Below, in pieces: positions 36,011-50,109 of a stretch of DNA of 64,000 nt. The stretch's first letter is position 1. The number at the start of each line of letters is the position of its first letter. A program made the translations under genes and the position numbers. Origin of the DNA: the human T2T-CHM13v2.0 reference genome, Homo sapiens; the NCBI RefSeq assembly GCF_009914755.1, contig NC_060944.1, one strand, 5' to 3'. The notes under the pieces are model-generated. The model searched no databases. It saw only the letters and a program-made list of their open reading frames with translations, and was not told the DNA's origin.

Positions 36011-37524
36011 TTCAACGTGGAGAGTTTGGTACCTCAAGCCTTAGTGATAGAAGTCAAAATTCACTTGACTACTTGGCCTATGCTTGATTGGAGACTGAGG
36101 AAGCTGATGTCCTTGGAAGGACCTGGTGTGCTAACTGGGCTGCTGCCAATCTTTGGAAGAGTAACTTGTTCTCGTTAAGAAGCATAACCAGATGGGGTCC
36201 AAGGTTTAACTTCCCACTTTCATGGTGTGCAACTGTCAGTTGTGGCTACAATCCTGTATTGCAGAGGGTTGCAGGCTGTAATTTTGTGTCCAAGACCTTC
36301 CAGAGAACAACTAGCATATGCTGTGCACAATAAGTACAGGCTCGATCTAGCCACACTGCTAGCATCAAAGCGTATTCTTCATTAATTGAATGTGACAGTG
36401 CACTTACCCCTCCTTTTTGAGAGAACAAAATACTGATTCAAAGATTGTTCTGACTATGAACTCCAACAACACACACAGTAGAAGCCAATGAATCAGTTTG
36501 GTCTATTTGTTCATGAATAGATTCTTCTGTGTAGTGTATCACAGTGAGTTCTAACTTGCAAAGTCTTAACACTGCTCACTCGAGTTAAGCCAGCAGTAGA
36601 CTTCCCTTTAACTTATTTGGCATGGCTTTTCCTCTTGAGCCATGATGATCTCAGCTACATTAGTGTGCAACTTGTACACAGAGAATGTTAAGGAAATGAC
36701 CTGAATAAATCTCTTTCAAGTAAAGGGCCAGACTCAGGCTTCTGGTATTTGTGTCTAAAAACTGGGATGAACCATATCTGGTTCCATCATTGTATGATCC
36801 TGGTGACCTCATTAGCCCCTCTAAACTTTGGTATTTCCTTCTATGGAGAGAGACATTTAACTTCCCTTCCTACATCCTCAGGGTTTGGAAATCTCACAAG
36901 TGCCACCAAATTATGAGATAGTATAACCATATAGCATACAGTTATCAAATATAAATATTAATACTAAGTATCTGAAAACATGTACATTTGTCTTTTGTTT
37001 TCTGCTGAATAGTGCCTGGGACTCACAAGGTACGTCTTTACACTAGACTAAAGGAAAGGTCTTTAATTTTATGAAAAGTTGCATGAAAATGGAAAAGTCA
37101 CTTACTTCTTTTAAGATTCAAATTTCCTATGTAAGAAATAGGTATGATGAGAATATTTACCTCCAGAATTTTCTCAGAAACTAAAAGAAAATAATAAGTA
37201 CTTAAAAAAATCAAGTCATAAAAATGAAAGTTGCTCCTGAAGTTACTGTAGGTGATACGTCAATTTATTTTCATGTTACTTAAATAGTGTTTGTTACCCC
37301 TGACTAATATTAGAGTCAGGATCCCAGTCTATAAAAATGGAAGGTTTCAGAATTTCAACAAAGAACATATGAAAGTCATGACCTGAATAACTTTGGTAAA
37401 GTAGAAGCAAACTCTGGATTTGCAAAGAGAAAGAACACCAAAGAACTAATGGAAAACAAACAAAAAAGTCTTTTAAGGCTTAGTGAGATTTTGGTTTAAT
37501 AATTAGTGATATCCATATGCATAT

Positions 37525-38058
37525 CTTTTATCTATTGCTATGACAATGCTGTGTTATAACCACCCCAAAACTCAGTGGTTTAAGACAACAGACATTTATT
37601 ACCGCTAATGAGTACATGGGTCAGATGGACCAGTCTTTTGGTATTGGCTGAGCACACTCACACATCTGCAGTCAGATGTGGGGTGGAAAGGCAGCTCCCT
37701 TGAACTTGGCTGGGCTCTCTCACATATTTGGGAGTGGGCTGGCCTTAAGCAGGTCTAGATTAGGATCAGCTGAAATGACTAAGCTTTTCTTCTTTGGTTT
37801 CTCACATCCCTCCAGCAGGCTCGCTAGGGCTTATATCCTTATGGTCCCTGGGCATGGTTGAGGCATAGTCTCAGAATTGACCTATTTCACTTTGGCACCA
37901 TCCTTCTGAACAAATCAGTTACAAGACCAGCCCAGATTAAAGAAGCAGCCAAAAAGACTCGACTGCTGAATGGGAGTAGGTGCAAAATTACATTGCAAAA
38001 GGTGTAGATACAGGGAAAGGAGGAGAATTAGGGCCACTTTTGCATTCAGTCTACCATA
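37525..38058 (-). mobile_element. MaLR LTR (MLT1H/I-like)
   Basis: ACCACCCCAAAACTCAGTGGTTTAAGACAAC...TCTACCA antisense MLT1 signature. Confidence 0.75.
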
Positions 38059-39599
38059 CTATTCTACTTGAATTTCCTTATGAGCAGAAGTCAAAGGCTT
38101 ATAAACATCTGGAAGGCTTCAGAAATCTGGACACTGCTGCAGCAGCATGCCACCATAACCGGCAGGCTGTGTAGAGCAAGCCAAATTTGTACTTAGAGGG
38201 ATCTATAAGACTTGCCAACTATTTTTATGAATGTACAAGTTTGGCTGACATACATTTTCTAATATCTGAAACATCCCATTTGTGCCACTTGAGCAAACAA
38301 ATCAGACACAATAACTGGTGGTGTGATCCCCTTCTCAGCCATCCTTATCACAGGAGAATTAAGTTGCTATTTATTTTACATATTTGATTTAATTTACAGA
38401 ATACATTTATGTCTTTTTTAATTTTTGTCTTACTTGCTTATATTTTTAAAGGAAGGAAAGTTATCTTTACCTACTCATATTTGGAAACATGGTCCCTAAT
38501 ACAAAGGGTAGTTGTATAGCACATTTACTCGTATTTGTAAACACCAAAATAGTATGTGGTGGGGGAGGAGTACTTACAATTCTTCGCTTCTGCAGCTGTA
38601 GACAATTTCTTCATTTAAACATGGAGTTCTAAAGAGGAATTTAGATCAATTACAATAATATTTTCTTGTCTGGCCTTGTTAATAACAAAATTTTTGCTTG
38701 CATAAATTGCATGCAGAGAAAATAGGATTAAAGAATATTATGGTGAAAATGAAATGAATAATGACAATGGAATCACTTAAATCACTGCAGAAAAATGTAA
38801 AATTATATAATTAAGAAAGCTATAACCCCACTGATTCTTTCAGATATTTCAGAATACAGCCAAGGCAGCTTCTCAGCCACGGTCACTCCCAAGATAAGAT
38901 TTGAAGTTATGAAATGTAGCAGTCATGCATTTAGAGGAGTTGAACATTTTCTAACCAGTCATGAAGTGAGAAAATAATCTTACATGTTATGCTTCAATTT
39001 GCAATGTTTTTACTAGTTCTAGTCATGATTTAAAGCATCAGAATATTGTATGCATTATGTATGTAGCAAGAGTTACATGGGGAAACTACTGCTACTTCAG
39101 CAGTTCATTTTCCAGAGTTTGAATTAAAATCCTTGTTTCTCTCAATTTTTCTTTCTGTTTGCCTGCTGAATTGCTTTTGAGTCCAAAGGCCCGTGCCAAT
39201 CTACATGCTCTGTGTAGAGATTAAAATCTTGTACAAGCCTTGGATTTAAGAGTTCTGTTTTGGCTTTTATCTCTCCAATGTTACTAATTGTCTATTTTAA
39301 CCTCCTATTCACTGAATTCATGTATTTATTTAAGTAGAATATTTATAGCATTTTAAAATAATAACAATAATGTTTAAATCTTATGTTGGAGAAAGCTAAA
39401 ATTTGGGGTTAAATCCTGGCTCCTACCTTACTAATTATATGACATTGATAAGGGTTTACCTCCCAAAACCTTATTTTCCTCACCTTTAAATTGGAGATAA
39501 TAATGTTGCTTACCTTAAAAGATTGTTGTAAATAATACAATCAGGTAGCATTCGTAAAGTAAACATGTAGTAAAAATTCTATAAATAATGATAGCCAGA

Positions 39600-41550
39600 A
39601 GTCACACTTTAAAACACACCAGTATCTTAATCCATGGAAGAATCTTTGCTAGGGAATATGACCGACATAAGAGAAAAAAAACTAAAAATATGGATATGGA
39701 AGTTACTCATCCAAAAGCCCAGTCTGATTATCCTACAGTATAAGCCACATGTAATGAGCCCTGTCTATGCACCTTAAGCTTTCAATCAGCATTTTTCTGT
39801 TGTTTCACTTTTTGAAAAATAAACCGGCAGCCAAAAAATCATCAGATATTTATGGGAAGTGTCTAATTGACACTTGACATCGTGATGACATGATGAAAAT
39901 CAGAGGCAAAGCAAGCAGCAGGGAGCAACCAGGTGGAGCAAAGACCAGGTGAGACAAAGACCAGCCTTCAGAAGACTTTAAAAATATACAAAGTAGATCA
40001 ACATTATGGAGACAACTCGAAATGAGACTAGGGTGCTATAAAAATGATCATTCAGAGAACAAAAACAGTTCTTCAAAATTAAATACATGATAGCAGAGAG
40101 GAAAACTGAAGCAGAAGAGTTGAAAGATAAAGTTAGAAGATGCCGTAGAGGGTATAGCAAAAAGATAAAAACATGGAAGACAGGAAAGAATATATAATAA
40201 AATTAGAGGACCAATCTAGGAGGTCTGATATCCAAAACATGAGAAAGAAAATGAAGGAGAAGAAGTAAGCAATGAAATAATTCTAGAACATTTCCCAGAA
40301 TTGTAAGTCATGATTTTCTAAATTAAAAGAGCCTAATTAATGTTCAGCATAGTGAATGAAAATAACCCAAACCACAGTCCAAAACTCACATAAAATCAGA
40401 ACTCTGGGGACAAAGAGGAATAGCAATAAATTTCCAGGTATAAAATCCCACAAAAACCAAACAAGTTTTCATATGGAGGATCAAGGAATACAACTAGACT
40501 TTTCAAAAGCAATATTGCTAAAAGACAATGGGAGAAAGAAAGCCTTCCAAATTTTGAGAGAATATGATTTCTAAACTAGAATGTTTCTGTTTGGCCAGTG
40601 TATCAATTAATCATGAAGGGCAGAATAAAGGCATTTTGGTACCCATCAGCTTTCAAATATTTTACTTCCCTTGCACAATTTCTCAGGAAGCCATATAAAG
40701 ATAAAACCCATGAAATCTTGTTGGGTTGAGCAAAAATGAAGGCAAGAATTAGGAGTTCCAATAGAGCCACGAGACGAAGGGAATTCTCAGCCTGATGATG
40801 AAGGGGACCTCCAGAAGATAGTGGTGCAGAGACCCAGAGGACAAAGGGAATCCACACTGGAGCAGGGCAGAAGTCTCCAGAAAAGACCTCGTCCAGAAGG
40901 AGAGATTGAAAGAATATTCAACCTGTTTGCATTTATCACAAGGAGGCTAACTCTGCCTTGAATTAGTGGTAAGGACAAAAGGAGATGATCAAATGATAAA
41001 ACAAAGCGTGCAGAACAAAATATACAGGAAACGAAAGGTAATTATGGCAACTGCATAATTCAGACTCACCTGTAAATATATATATATATTTATAAATAAG
41101 TATATATAATATATATATATAATATATATACCCTTATATAATACTAAGGAACTATATATAGTATTATAATTATATATCATATCTAATAATTACAATGTGA
41201 ACATGAAATATTGAGCTAGCCAAAATGAAGATAAATCCATCTTTATGATGGTATTATAAGGGCAGGAGAAAGAGGGAGAGGATGGTGAAAAAAGACATTT
41301 GTCGTCTTCTATACCGAGAAGGCAACAGATAATGAACAGAGTGAATCAGTAATCAGCAGTATATTATTTTGCAATATATAGCTAAATGCCAAAGAATCAG
41401 CTAGAATAATTAAAAGTATTTGCACCTAAAGAGAGGGAAGTTGTGTAGGTGTAGGATAAAAAGCTGCTTCTATTTATAAGTATCTTTGTAGATTTATTTG
41501 ATTCTTAAAAGTTGTTGGTATAATTTGATGGAAATAAAACCTAAACGTTG
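39600..41550 (+). mobile_element. Very old L1M 5'/ORF1-like remnant
   Basis: A-rich sense strand with degenerate ORF1-like motifs (GCCTTCCAAATTTTGAGAGAATATGATTTC). Confidence 0.6.
41075..41180. repeat. (TA)n-rich low-complexity tract
   Basis: Direct reading. Confidence 0.85.
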
Positions 41551-42699
41551 GAAACAATGAATCTATGACATTACTCTTATTAGTTCAGTGTTTTAAAAAA
41601 TAAAGACAAATATTTTTCCAAATAAGCAATTTGTTGGCATTTTTAAACATGAACATATTGACATATAGACACACACATGTGTGTTTGCGTACAAATTTAC
41701 ATCATCATCATACAAAGCAACTATTTTCTAAATGTAAAACATATTTTTTTCTGTGAGTACTGCAGTGCTTGTCTAACCTTTATCTGTAGATTTTATTGTA
41801 CATTCTTGAGAACCCAAACCTGTTAAACAACTTTACAGCTAAGTCTTGGCAGCAGGAAAGCAGTGACCAACATTATCCTCTGCATCCTTCCCCTGGATCT
41901 ATTTTATTACTAAACATATATACATATATATATGTATATATTTGGAAGCATGCATATGTATGCTTCCAAAACTAGACCAAAATAATAACTGGTCTCATTA
42001 AAATATATAAAAGCCTTCAACTAAATGAAAGATCAAAAATTAAATATGTGTAAATGAGACAAATAATTACGTAAACAGTCTCATGTTTAAAATTCAAATA
42101 TCAAGTGTTATCAACTTACAATCCTGTAGTGCCATTTTTCTAAGTAGCACTGGTCATTGTACTGTGAGGCCAAAAAATCAATTCTCTCAACATTCAGGCA
42201 TAAAAAAGGGAAGGCATTAAGATAAATTAACTCTCTGAGTATAGAAATTAGGCAGTGTGTTAGCTTTGTCATGTTGTTCAATCTTAATTTCCACCACAGC
42301 ACCTCAAACGATATTCTAACATGAATAACTAAGTGATTAGTATGTTTCCCATGCAATGTGGTATCAACGTAGATATTTTTGCCTGACCTCAATAGCCCAT
42401 CAAAGCTCAGCATGTTACTCCAGTAAACAGAGTTGGTCTCAGCTATTCTGTAAAGCATAAACATCTTTGGAAACGAGGCTTGATATACATGCCTAGAAGG
42501 CACTGTGATTATTTTATGTATAATAAAATAGTCAAATTTTCTGCAATGCCAAGATATTCTTTGATAAGAAATTAGTTCCTAAGGAAGCTGGAACCAGGAT
42601 GCCGGGACACTAGAGAATCACCTACCTGACTGTGGCGCTAATAGAACCCACATAACTCCAATGTGCACACAACCCCCTGGGCTTCTGGTACCTAAGGTA

Positions 42700-42806
42700 C
42701 CCTCTGATACAGTAGGATTGGAGTGGGGTCCAAGATTCTGTATTTCTAAGAAGCTCCAAGCAATGTTGATGCTGCTGGTCTATGGACCACACGCTGAGTA
42801 ACCAGG
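42700..42806. mobile_element. MER5-type hAT MITE fragment
   Basis: GATGCTGCTGGTCTATGGACCACAC motif. Confidence 0.7.
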
Positions 42807-43178
42807 CACTAAATGATACCATAAGCTGCTGATTTACTACATTGCCAAATTTCATATGTTGGCACAGAAGGCAGAAATCTAATAATAGATTCCATTAGAT
42901 TTTCTATCACGTAGTAGGAACTCAGCATATTTTGGGTAACTATACTACCCTTGGAAATGTATAGGGAAATCCTAGAGAACAGGTCTTAGCTATATGTAAT
43001 GAGAGCTAGGCTGTTATCTGTATATGCTTGGTGCAGTTTTGCATTTACAAATAATGCTAATGAGAAGTGCTATTCACAGAATTTCTCAAGTATTTTCAGA
43101 GATTAATTTGCATAGTTATAAATTAGATGTCCCAAATATTATTTTATGGGTAACGTGTATTTTGCAAGATGATTTCCT

Positions 43179-43179
<1 letters not shown>

Positions 43180-43237
<58 letters not shown>
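43180..43237. repeat. Compound (GA)n(GT)n microsatellite
   Basis: Direct reading. Confidence 0.97.
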
Positions 43238-43240
<3 letters not shown>

Positions 43241-43538
43241 TAGCTGTTGCCAGGCTATTTTTGTTGCTACATGGTTGTTATGGGCCAAAATCTTATATTC
43301 ACTTATCTTTAACTAGTTTAGTCTGTTGCCTATCTTCATATATAAAACATATTCTGCTTCAGATCTGTTGTAGTATGTGGGTTTACTTGTTTATAGTATA
43401 GTAGTGGAATTTACTAAAGCTGCATATTATATATCACAGAGAAATAAATAAATGAGACTTTTATAAAACAGTAAATGCTCAATTATTTTAGGGTAGACTG
43501 TGAAAGTTTCAAGAAATCTTGAGATTACTTCTTCTTGT

Positions 43539-43768
43539 AAGGGTTGGCAAACTATAACCCATGGGCCAAATCCAGCCTGCTACCTGTTTTTGTAAATAAA
43601 CTTTTATTGGAATACAGACACACTCTTTCATTTACACATTGTCTATGGCTGTTTTTCATCTACAATGGGAGAGTTGGGAGAGTTGGGTAGTAATGACGGA
43701 GATCATACGGCCCACAAAGCCTAAAATATTTCCTCTCTGACTTTTGCTGAAAATGTTTGTCCATCCTG
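43539..43768 (+). mobile_element. MER58A-like hAT MITE
   Basis: GGGTTGGCAAACTA...GGGCCAAATCCAGCC...GGCCCACAAAGCCTAAAATATTT. Confidence 0.85.
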
Positions 43769-44027
43769 CCATACAACTAAAGATTATATTCTAATACCTT
43801 AATTTGAAAAGGTAACAGGAGATAGCTTTATAACCTTCACTTGGTAAGATTAGAATTAGACTGTAGGATGATTACAAATCCTATCTTTTCTCTCTCTTTG
43901 GAAGATGCAGTGGCAATATATCTCAAATCACAGAATAGAATCTGTTAGGGAAGGGGGAGATTCTCTTCATTGCCTTTATTTGCAACTTAATTTTTCTTTA
44001 CCACTCCAAAAAAAGGGGACTATTTGC

Positions 44028-44330
44028 TTTTTTTTTTTTTTTTTTTTTTTGAGATGGAGTCTCCCTTTGTGGCCCAGGCTGGAGTGCAGTGGGGCTATCT
44101 AGCTCACTGCAAGCTCCGCCTCCTAGGTTCATGCCATTGTCCTGCCTCAGCCTCCCAAGTAGCTGGGACCACAGGCACCCACCACCACACCCGGTTAATT
44201 TTTTGTATTTTTAGTAGAGACGGGGTTTCACCGTGTTAGCCAGGATGGTCTCGATCTCCTGATCTTGTGATCTGCCCGCCTTGGCCTCCCAAAGTGCTGG
44301 GATTACAGGCGTGAGCCACTGCGCTCTGCT
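44028..44330 (-). mobile_element. AluY-like
   Basis: Y diagnostics (GCAAGCTCCGCC, TTAGCCAGGATGGTCTCGATCTCC); TSD GGGGACTATTTG at 44015-44026 / 44333-44344. Confidence 0.95.
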
Positions 44331-47300
44331 GTGGGGACTATTTGTTTTTCAAGTGTTTTCAGTTATTTTTGTCTATAGTCAAGAAAAAAAGCGGGTGTTT
44401 TATGCATCTTCATCTTGATGATTTGAATTTTTTACTACAATTTTAATTTAATCATTTTCCAAGTTATTTATCTTTTCTCTATTTGTAACATAACCAATGC
44501 CATCTGTTGCTTGACTTAGCTGTTCTTTCCTGTTCTTTGTACATGTTTGCATATGTGCATTTGATATTTAATAGGTACCAATGGGCATAAGATATAGTAA
44601 GGGAATGTATATACATTTAAAACTTATCTGGATTTACCCAACATACATAGATACAATTTGAATTTAATTCAGTTGATTCAAAACTTTAGTGTCTTAAACC
44701 ACTAACCTAGAACCTCTTTTTGTGAATGCAAAAAAATCCCAGCTCAACATTATTCCTTATCTGTATGATTCAGTTTGGCATTACAAAACTAGGTCAACAA
44801 TGATGTAGGATTATTTACTTATTTCAGTTTTCACAGTCTGAGAGAACCTGGAATAAATTTGAGTCATGCTATTTAGTTAAATGAAGAATGAAATTGTCCA
44901 AAGCCTTGTTCATCAATTCCCTAGCATATTATAATATCAACATTAACAAAAAAGATGTGTATTCAAGTGAGAAAAACCTAAACTTCATAATAGAGTATCT
45001 GTAAATCACCATAGATTGACATTCATGGTGACACCTACTTTAATTATGTAGCTGCTACAATAGCATTGGGACTAATTTTTAAATAAAATGCATCACTATG
45101 TAAGTTCCTTCGTTACCTACTTTTGCAAATACTTTGAGTACAATTATTCTCCATAAAAACCAATATTTCTATACTGGTCCTGGGGAGGCCAAGTGGGGCA
45201 AAATTATTTCAAATTTTGGAGGAATGAATGAGAAGCAGCAATTTATTCAGGAACAGAACCTTGGGGGAAATACTTGAAAAAAACAAAAGACATTTTTCCC
45301 AACCTGCTGGTGCAGAGCTTAGAAAGGCAATTGAAGAACTGATGTAGAACAAAGCAATAGTGCCAGTGTTCGGTATTTGCCGCTATGTCAGTGAGAGTTG
45401 ATTGTGGTTGCATAGGATGGAAATCGCTAAATTATAGGGGTTTAAACAAGCTAGGAACTTTTTTTCTGTCATTTAAAATCTAGATGATCCAGGATGGTGT
45501 GGTGGTTTGGAGACCCAAGGATTTCTTTCTTCTCTACTAGTCTAGCTCCTGGCTTTCACGCTCAAGGTCACCTCCTAGCTGGAACTTCAGCCCTTGAGTG
45601 GCCATTCCAGGCCACAGGAAGGAGGAAGGGGGAAGGTGAACAAAACACATTGTGACTTCAAATTGGGAGTCCTGCTACTGATGGACACTAGGAAAATAGA
45701 TATTGGATGGCAACTAGAAATCTCTAACACAGCTCCTTTGAAAAGTGACTTTACCCCCTCCTTTGTATGCTTTAAAGAATAATAGGAATAGTTATAACCA
45801 ATAAAAAAGTCAAAGAGTTTGCTTTTAGTTTCCTAAGATGGTGCCACTACAGTGAAATGAGGGAATACTAGAAAGAGAAATCTTGATGAAGCAAAATCAT
45901 GTTGTTCTTTGTTAAAATTTCTACAAAAATGTGAAAAGGTGATTATTCATATTTTATAGTTGTCACTGTATCGGTAATGGTGGTTGAAGTCTTTGTATAC
46001 AAAAGGGAGGCACTGAAGTGTGGAATTTAACTCCAGCAAAATTTGGAAGAGGATTTTTACCCCAAACAAATTGAAAGGCAAAAAGATGTTTTTTAAAATG
46101 CAAATCTGTTTACAGTGCCCTGAGGTGAAAATAAAATGAAACTTCCTTTAAATCCTGTTGCTTACAACAATAGATATCATTAGAGACCTAAAGCTCAGTG
46201 ATTTTATCTGAAGTGAGAGAGAATTGGGGGTATGCTGGTGTTTATTTTTATAGAACAGGGAAGATACATATCTGGAAGATAAACTGACTCATGAAGATTA
46301 TATATTTACACTGGTGTGTCTCAGTCACTATATCTGAGGGCCCAGAGATGACGGAGAAGGAAATAGGGTGAGGTGGGTGCTTCTTGCCATCCTGAGGCAT
46401 CATTTCCGCAGTCTTCTCTGCAAACACCTGCATTTTCCATGAAATCTGGATTGTGCTGAGAGTGTCTCTCCTTAAACATTTTTTGGATCTGAGCTTCCAA
46501 ATTCTTTTTCTGAAATTGCGTTTAAGGCGATCAGCCAGATTTCAATGAAAGCCTTTGCTTTATATGAAGCATAAAGTAGAGCTTAAATGAACAGAAGGTC
46601 ATTTGTCTTGTTTTTCAAAAAGAAAAAAAAAACCTCACCATTTTTGTAGCATAACTAAAGCAATCTGAAGGCTTTTTTCTTTTGTGTGATAGAATTTAGA
46701 GAAACGTACTGTGCTATCAAGAAAGGGTTCAAATAAGAGCTTCTAAGGAAGATGTTCTTCTCAATGTGTGGGTGATAATTTTAAGTTGTCTTCCTTTGAG
46801 ACTCTGCCTCTGTCAGTGTTTTACTTGATAACAGAACTCACTGAGTCAGAAGCTGGCAATTTCATCATGATGCATTTTCTTATTTACCATTCAAGAGGTG
46901 TAAGCCTTATCTCTTATATTAATGTGAAAAGTAATGAAAATAATGATGCCAAAGGCATTTAATTCTTGGCTCTAATACTTTATAAGTGTGCCTCTTGTTC
47001 ACATAATTTACTGGGCAGGGGAACAAGTCATCAGGGTGACCTTTTTCCATGGAGTTAATCAGGGACTCAAACTAACAGAAGCTCTGCCTTCTTCAGTGCG
47101 TGGCTTCCAAGGTCACCACCAGGATCACTTTCATTCTGGCCAGCCAGGCAGGGAAGAGCATGGATCAGCACATATGGGAGGGTTTGACCTGCCAAAGGCT
47201 ACTGACTGTAACCCAGATGTGGTTATTATAAAGCTGGTTCTGGGTAGTTTTTCTCCATATCTCTCTTATATCAAAAAAGGTGAGTTAAAGGAGCCCTGAT

Positions 47301-47519
47301 TCTTAGATGCAATTAGAACTCATTTATTCATGATGGAAAAGAGCTTTTCAGTTCTAGAAGGTTAGAGACAAAAATGAATATGATTAAAGTTTATAGAATC
47401 AATGCAGCCAAAAAGAAGTTTACTAAATCACAGACCACAGAATTAGAATGCTGTCTTTTAAGACTAAAAGAGTTATTTAGGGCATAGAAAGGGAATATAG
47501 TAGAATTTCAGAATAACCA

Positions 47520-47990
47520 TATGTGTGTTAACTACTATTGATTACCGCTGTGACAGGGACTTAGATATATGATTTCATTTAATCTTTGCAATACCTCTTT
47601 AAGACAGCTTACTGTGGTGGTTAAATATGTAGGCTCTGGGGTCAAACTGCCTAGTTTAAATTCTGGTTCACTCACTTACTAGCTGGAAAATGTTGAACAA
47701 CTACTTAACACTTCTCTGACTCAGATTACCCAGCTATAAAGTGGAGATAATAGTAACCCGGCTCCTAGGGGTTAATATGACAGTGAATGCATTAAAAATG
47801 TAAAACCCTGAGAAGAGTATGTGACATAAAAAGCTTTGACATTATTATTATTTCTCCATTTACATATTAGGACCTTGTATTTCAGAAGAGATAAGAGACT
47901 TTCCCACGGTTACGTACGTAGTAATTGGTAGAACTGGCTGTTAAAAGATATGTCTATTCAAATCAAAACACTGTCCTTCCCACTGTGGCA
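47520..47990. mobile_element. Nested/adjacent MIR fragments
   Basis: Two MIR cores in opposite orientation. Confidence 0.6.
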
Positions 47991-48918
47991 GGCCTCAAGT
48001 GAGTTATGAGCTGACAAGAGAATGGAGTACATACCACAATCTAGTTTCTAGGGAAATTAGGACTATTTATATTACACTGTGGTTAAAAGGAGAGAGAAAC
48101 TACTCATATCTGCCTTATAAGTTGTAGAAGTATCTACCATGGTAGTTAAGAGTCTAGGTTCTAAAGTCAGACTTCCTAGGTCTCCATCTCAATTCCGAAT
48201 TTTGTAACTGGAGGAGGTTAATCCATCCTCCAAACTTTAGTATATAAATCAGTAAAATAGCATACAATAATATTATCTACCAGATCAGCTGAGAGTAACA
48301 ATAAAGCTTAAATAATAAAGAGATTTATTATCTCACTCATTAAAAAGTCTAAAGAAAATTTAAAGGGTTTAAAAAGCTCATGAAGGACCAGGTTTCTTTG
48401 CATCTTTCTTGTCAGTGTCCTCTTTACATAACAATATGAGACAGAGAAAGAGAATTTCCCTGAAGACATTAGTCAGAACTGAGCCCCTCATATAGCTCTT
48501 AAACCAGTTACAGACAAAGGGGAATGGAATTATTGACATTAGTTTAGGCCAATCATAGTTTGTTCCTTGGAAAGAGAGAGGGGCCATGTTTCCTAAGCAT
48601 GACGACCACCCAAATTAAGTCAGGGTTTGCTTACAAGAAAAAGAGGGTGGAGAGTGGTGTTGAATAGGAAGGGTTATGTTTTTTAGTGTCTGGGAAGTGC
48701 TTAGCTTAGTGCTCTGACCCACAGTGAGTGCTCAATAAAGGTTAGCTTTGCCAGCTCCCTGAGGCTGACATTCCCAGAGGGCAATTCTGTGCTCTCACAA
48801 AAAACAGACCTTCCTATTGTTTCAAAAAACAGTACACAGCACCGAACTTGACGGATCACAGGCCTGGCTCACACAATTTTGGATTTCTTACAGATCCCTT
48901 TGCATAGCAAAAATCTCC

Positions 48919-49150
48919 ACACTTGGACACAGGAAGGGGAACATCACACACCGGGAACTGTTGTGGGGTGGGGGGACGGGGGAGGGATAGCATTAGGAGA
49001 TATACCTAATGCTAAATGATGAGTTAATGGGTGCAGCACAACAACATGGCACGTGTATACATATGTAACTAACCTGAACGTTGTGCACACGTACCCTAAA
49101 ACTTAAAGTATAATAATAATAATTTAAAAAAAAGAATGGGAAAAAAAACA
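48919..49150 (+). mobile_element. 5'-truncated L1PA (PA4/PA5-like) 3'UTR insertion
   Basis: L1 3'UTR with G-tract and TAAAACTTAAAGTATAATAA, A-rich tail; TSD AAAAA(T/A)CTCCACACTT at 48909-48924 / 49151-49166. Confidence 0.93.
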
Positions 49151-49434
49151 AAAAAACTCCACACTTTAGAAACATTTCTATCTTGTATACTGAACAAAAG
49201 GTGTGGAAAATGAGGGAGTTAAACCATGCTGCTTCAAGCATCATGCTACATGTTGAAGGTATTTATCCTGTAGTTCTCCTTTAACAAACTGCGTCATTTT
49301 GCTGGCTGAAGAAACTCTTGCAGCCCATGTTTGTCTTGAAGACAAATCCTGTTCAGATTTCTACAGCGTTCTCTCCTTTTTACGTCCACGTTCACAGCAA
49401 CAGCTGGGAGGAATCAGGGATGCTAGATGAAATA

Positions 49435-49886
49435 CTCAACTATCCATTGCCAATAATGGTGGTTACCAAATGACTCCCAACTCAGTGCCATTCAACAATG
49501 AACGTTTATTGTCATGTTCATGAGTCTGCAGGTTGGCTGAGTCTGGGAGATCTAGGATGGTTTCTACTGGACTTGCTTCCAAGCTGTAAATGGGGCTTAG
49601 GTCTGTCCTGATTGTCTCCTTAGATCAGAGGCTCCCTGAGGCATGTTTATCTCATGGAAATGATAAGAAACCCAAGAGGGAAAGCCCAACCTCAAAGCAT
49701 ATTTTGAGCCTTTGCTAATATCACATCTTCAAACATGCCATTGGCCAAAGCAAGTCACATTGTCCAACATCAATGGGATGGATAAATAAACAGGGTGTCT
49801 AGTAAAAACTGTAAGGTCACAAAGAAAAATGTGTGGACACAGAAAGGAGCAGGGAGCAGAGAGCTATGATGCAATAAACTACCACA
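49435..49886 (-). mobile_element. MaLR LTR (MLT1-type)
   Basis: CCATTGGCCAAAGCAAGTCACA and CTACCACA end. Confidence 0.7.
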
Positions 49887-50038
49887 GGAGGCTCAATCTA
49901 CTTCTTATTTTGCTTAGAGCTCATTGTAACTCTCCAATCTCCTCTTCTAGTGAGCGCAGCCCTGTCTTGCCTTCCTAAGCCACTGTGACAGGTAAAAACT
50001 ATTTGGCCAATAATCTTTCCAGTAAATAACAAAGAGAT

Positions 50039-50109
50039 AGAAGGAGAAAAGGAAAAGAAAGGAAAGGAAAGGAGGAAAGGAAAGGAAAGGAAAGGAAAGG
50101 AAAGGAAAA
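50039..50109. repeat. (GGAAA)n pentanucleotide repeat
   Basis: Direct reading. Confidence 0.93.
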
